Assembly: GCA_963677485.1 (NCBI GenBank)
Contig: OY781964.1
Location: 192,001-256,000, forward strand
From: Armatimonadota bacterium
GTDB lineage: Bacteria; Armatimonadota; HRBIN16
Length of the DNA stretch: 64,000 nucleotides
Reading direction: 5' to 3'
Shown: in pieces, positions 63,485 through 64,000 of the stretch
Layout of the letters: the number at the start of each line of letters is the position of its first letter
Position numbering within the stretch: position 1 is the stretch's first letter
The notes under the pieces: generated by a model
What the model was told of the DNA's origin: nothing
Databases searched by the model: none
The model's input: only the letters and a program-made list of their open reading frames with translations
Position numbers and translations under genes: made by a program

Positions 63485-64000
63485 ATGCTGCTCTCATCAT
63501 TAATGGTCGCGGTCGTGATGACGCTGATCGCCGTGCTCTTCCTGCCCAGGAAGGCCATGGCCGCCATGAACAACCTGGTATCCAACCCCGGATTTGAACA
63601 GCTTGACGCCAATAACAAGCCGGACGGATGGAGCAGCTTCAACGATCGTGACGCGGCACGCTTTGAGGTGACCAGCGACGAGGTGTTTGCCGGCCGATAC
63701 GCAATGCACCTCAGCACCCCTGAGGTGACTGTTTGGTCACCTTACTTCTCAAAAATGTTGACACTCACCCCCGGTGCCGAATACACCCTGGCAGGATTCT
63801 GCAAGACCCAGCTTAAGGGTGCGGACATGCTGTTCTCACTTCGCGAGGTCAGCTCCGCCGGTCAGAGCGTAGTCTTCCGGGAGGTAGCGGTCCCAGCGGA
63901 GACCGACTGGAAGTTTTTTTCAGCGACATTCAAAGTAGGTGCTGACACCACCTCCGGACAGGTGTTCCTGCTGCTTCGCAACGGTCTGGGCGATGCCTGG
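63485..64000 (+). CDS. Secreted protein with an N-terminal CBM4/9-like domain, runs off the window
   Basis: Manual translation MLLSSLMVAVV...AMAAMNNLVSNPGFEQ...PDGW...LTPGAEYTL...DWKFFSATF; open to the window end. Confidence 0.8.
   Translation, partial: MLLSSLMVAVVMTLIAVLFLPRKAMAAMNNLVSNPGFEQLDANNKPDGWSSFNDRDAARFEVTSDEVFAGRYAMHLSTPEVTVWSPYFSKMLTLTPGAEYTLAGFCKTQLKGADMLFSLREVSSAGQSVVFREVAVPAETDWKFFSATFKVGADTTSGQVFLLLRNGLGDAW

Overview
A 64-kb bacterial chromosomal window, probably from Armatimonadota. That assignment is an inference from the divergent 16S and a DUF1559/H-X9-DG prepilin-like gene. Core features are rnpB, a complete minus-strand rRNA operon (16S, tRNA-Ile, tRNA-Ala, 23S, 5S), two identical initiator tRNA-Met genes, arsM and many carbohydrate-related genes. 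Three items stand out. (1) Two apparently identical 1,656-bp mobile elements lack terminal inverted repeats, are both inserted at TCCTAAT and are bounded by CTAA. Their single ORF has Rep_trans-like (pT181 Rep/MOBT relaxase) motifs, and CT/AA is that family's nick sequence, so this is a candidate rolling-circle IS type. One copy splits a 2,766-aa cyclic beta-1,2-glucan synthase-like gene; the other sits in the RBS region of a large glycoside hydrolase gene. (2) A four-gene DUF11 operon has split domains that suggest a tip/shaft/outer-membrane-anchor filament polymerised by donor strands and intermolecular isopeptide bonds; the shaft gene is frameshifted by a 4-bp duplication. (3) A glycyl-radical enzyme carries a twin-arginine signal peptide and has no adjacent activase. 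All calls come from reading the sequence by eye; no searches were run.
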